Assembly: GCA_002245135.1 (NCBI GenBank)
Contig: NGBS01000879.1
Coordinates: forward strand, 1-64,000
Source: Proteromonas lacertae
Lineage: Eukaryota
Reading direction: 5' to 3'
DNA length: 64,000 nucleotides
How positions within the stretch are numbered: the stretch's first letter is position 1; each line of letters opens with the position of its first letter. Shown here piece by piece: positions 63,148-64,000 of the stretch. Under the pieces are notes generated by a model. That model was not told where the DNA came from. It did not search any database and worked only from the letters and a program-made list of their open reading frames with translations. The position numbers and the translations under genes were made by a program.

Positions 63148-64000
63148 TTATATTTTTTGTTCTTGCTGTACAGTTATTAAAGGAGCTAAAACTATTTCAT
63201 CACCCTTATTGCATTTAATCTTTTTCATTTTGTATAATAAACAAAAAATAGCTAAGCCTATTACAAATAAACATCCACATACAATTCCAATGATCAAACC
63301 AATATTTGATTTTGAATGACAATTATTCACAATATCACCCCATAATGCTGTATTATTTACCCAATTACAATCTCTATACATTATACCAGCACTTTCACAA
63401 TCACAGTAAGCTCTACTTCCTATTTCAGTTTTCTTCCATTCGCCATCTTCTGGACAATACACTGTTACAACTTCAATAGCTATTTCTAAATACGTTGTAT
63501 CATGTCTATCATTTCTAGCAGAAATAACATAGAGAAGTTGCTCATATGTATTATTTGCTCTACCAGAGATCAAGCCAGTTACATTAGAAAAATAAAACTC
63601 TTCAGGCAATTCAGGTTTAATTGAATAACTAGTAATATCACCAAATGATTCAAAAATGAAGGTTGGACTATAATCAACATTCTTATAGAATTGCCATTTA
63701 TAATTGTTTTTAATAATATGTAAAACTGGAGTGGATGGTTTTATTAATGCAAATTTTATAATGAAATTAAGTGAACCGTATATATTATGAATTAAAACAT
63801 TACTATAATGAGTTGATTCATATTGATTAGATGGATGACCATATATTGAAGTATTGTCCTTATTGAATGTTAAACCAATTGGTAATTCTATAATAAAACA
63901 ATAGTATAACAATAATTTATACTTGAAATATATGCATTATAGCTTTCAGATGATGAAACATTAAATATACAATTGAGAAAAACATCTTTTCCATAATACA
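63148..64000 (-). CDS. Type I membrane protein with He_PIG Ig-like repeats and a Cys-rich juxtamembrane domain (3' part)
   Basis: LPIGLTFN...IYGHP, LPEEFYFSNVTGLISG, CPEDGEW...RDC...WG...C, and TM IGLIIGIVCGCLFVIGLAIFCLLY. Confidence 0.75.

Noticed and set aside
25000..64000. Polyadenylation-created stop codons known from Blastocystis
   Set aside because: The gene ends I checked have genomic stops, and I found no convincing stop-less gene with a downstream TGTTTGTT; needs transcript data.

Overview
Very AT-rich eukaryotic nuclear DNA with dense genes and tiny (~28-36 nt) GT-AG introns. The intron size, the Ig-like (He_PIG) membrane protein, the sialic-acid lyase and the nitroreductase suggest a Blastocystis-like gut stramenopile; this is inference. 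Three zones. (1) 1 to ~10.4 kb is the intronless morphogenesis half of an endogenous Polinton/Polinton-like virus (PLV). It has Pro- and Arg/Gly-rich core-like proteins, an adenain-type cysteine protease, candidate minor and major capsid proteins, an A32-like packaging ATPase and a shared upstream motif, and it runs off the left edge. (2) ~10.9-24.5 kb is a mobile-element and pseudogene zone: a Mutator (MULE) transposase inside ~900-bp near-perfect inverted repeats, a second decayed MULE, fragments of Hsp70 and propionyl-CoA carboxylase, a ~600-bp MITE and a tandem Crinkler/RHS-type NTPase gene. (3) ~25-64 kb is mostly host genes: AGC kinase, TTL, thioredoxin-GST fusion, YTH, NanA-like lyase, BK channel, APC7-like, QRT3-like, PCF11-like, methyltransferase, TruD, a giant acidic repeat protein, nitroreductase and an Ig-like membrane protein. 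Hidden at ~45.6-46.6 kb, and missed by the ORF track, is a second relic Polinton fragment (rve integrase plus a homologous protease) split by a related MITE. Single-base frameshifts at homopolymers also occur in host genes, so some apparent decay may be assembly error. All family calls come from visual motif recognition, not database searches.
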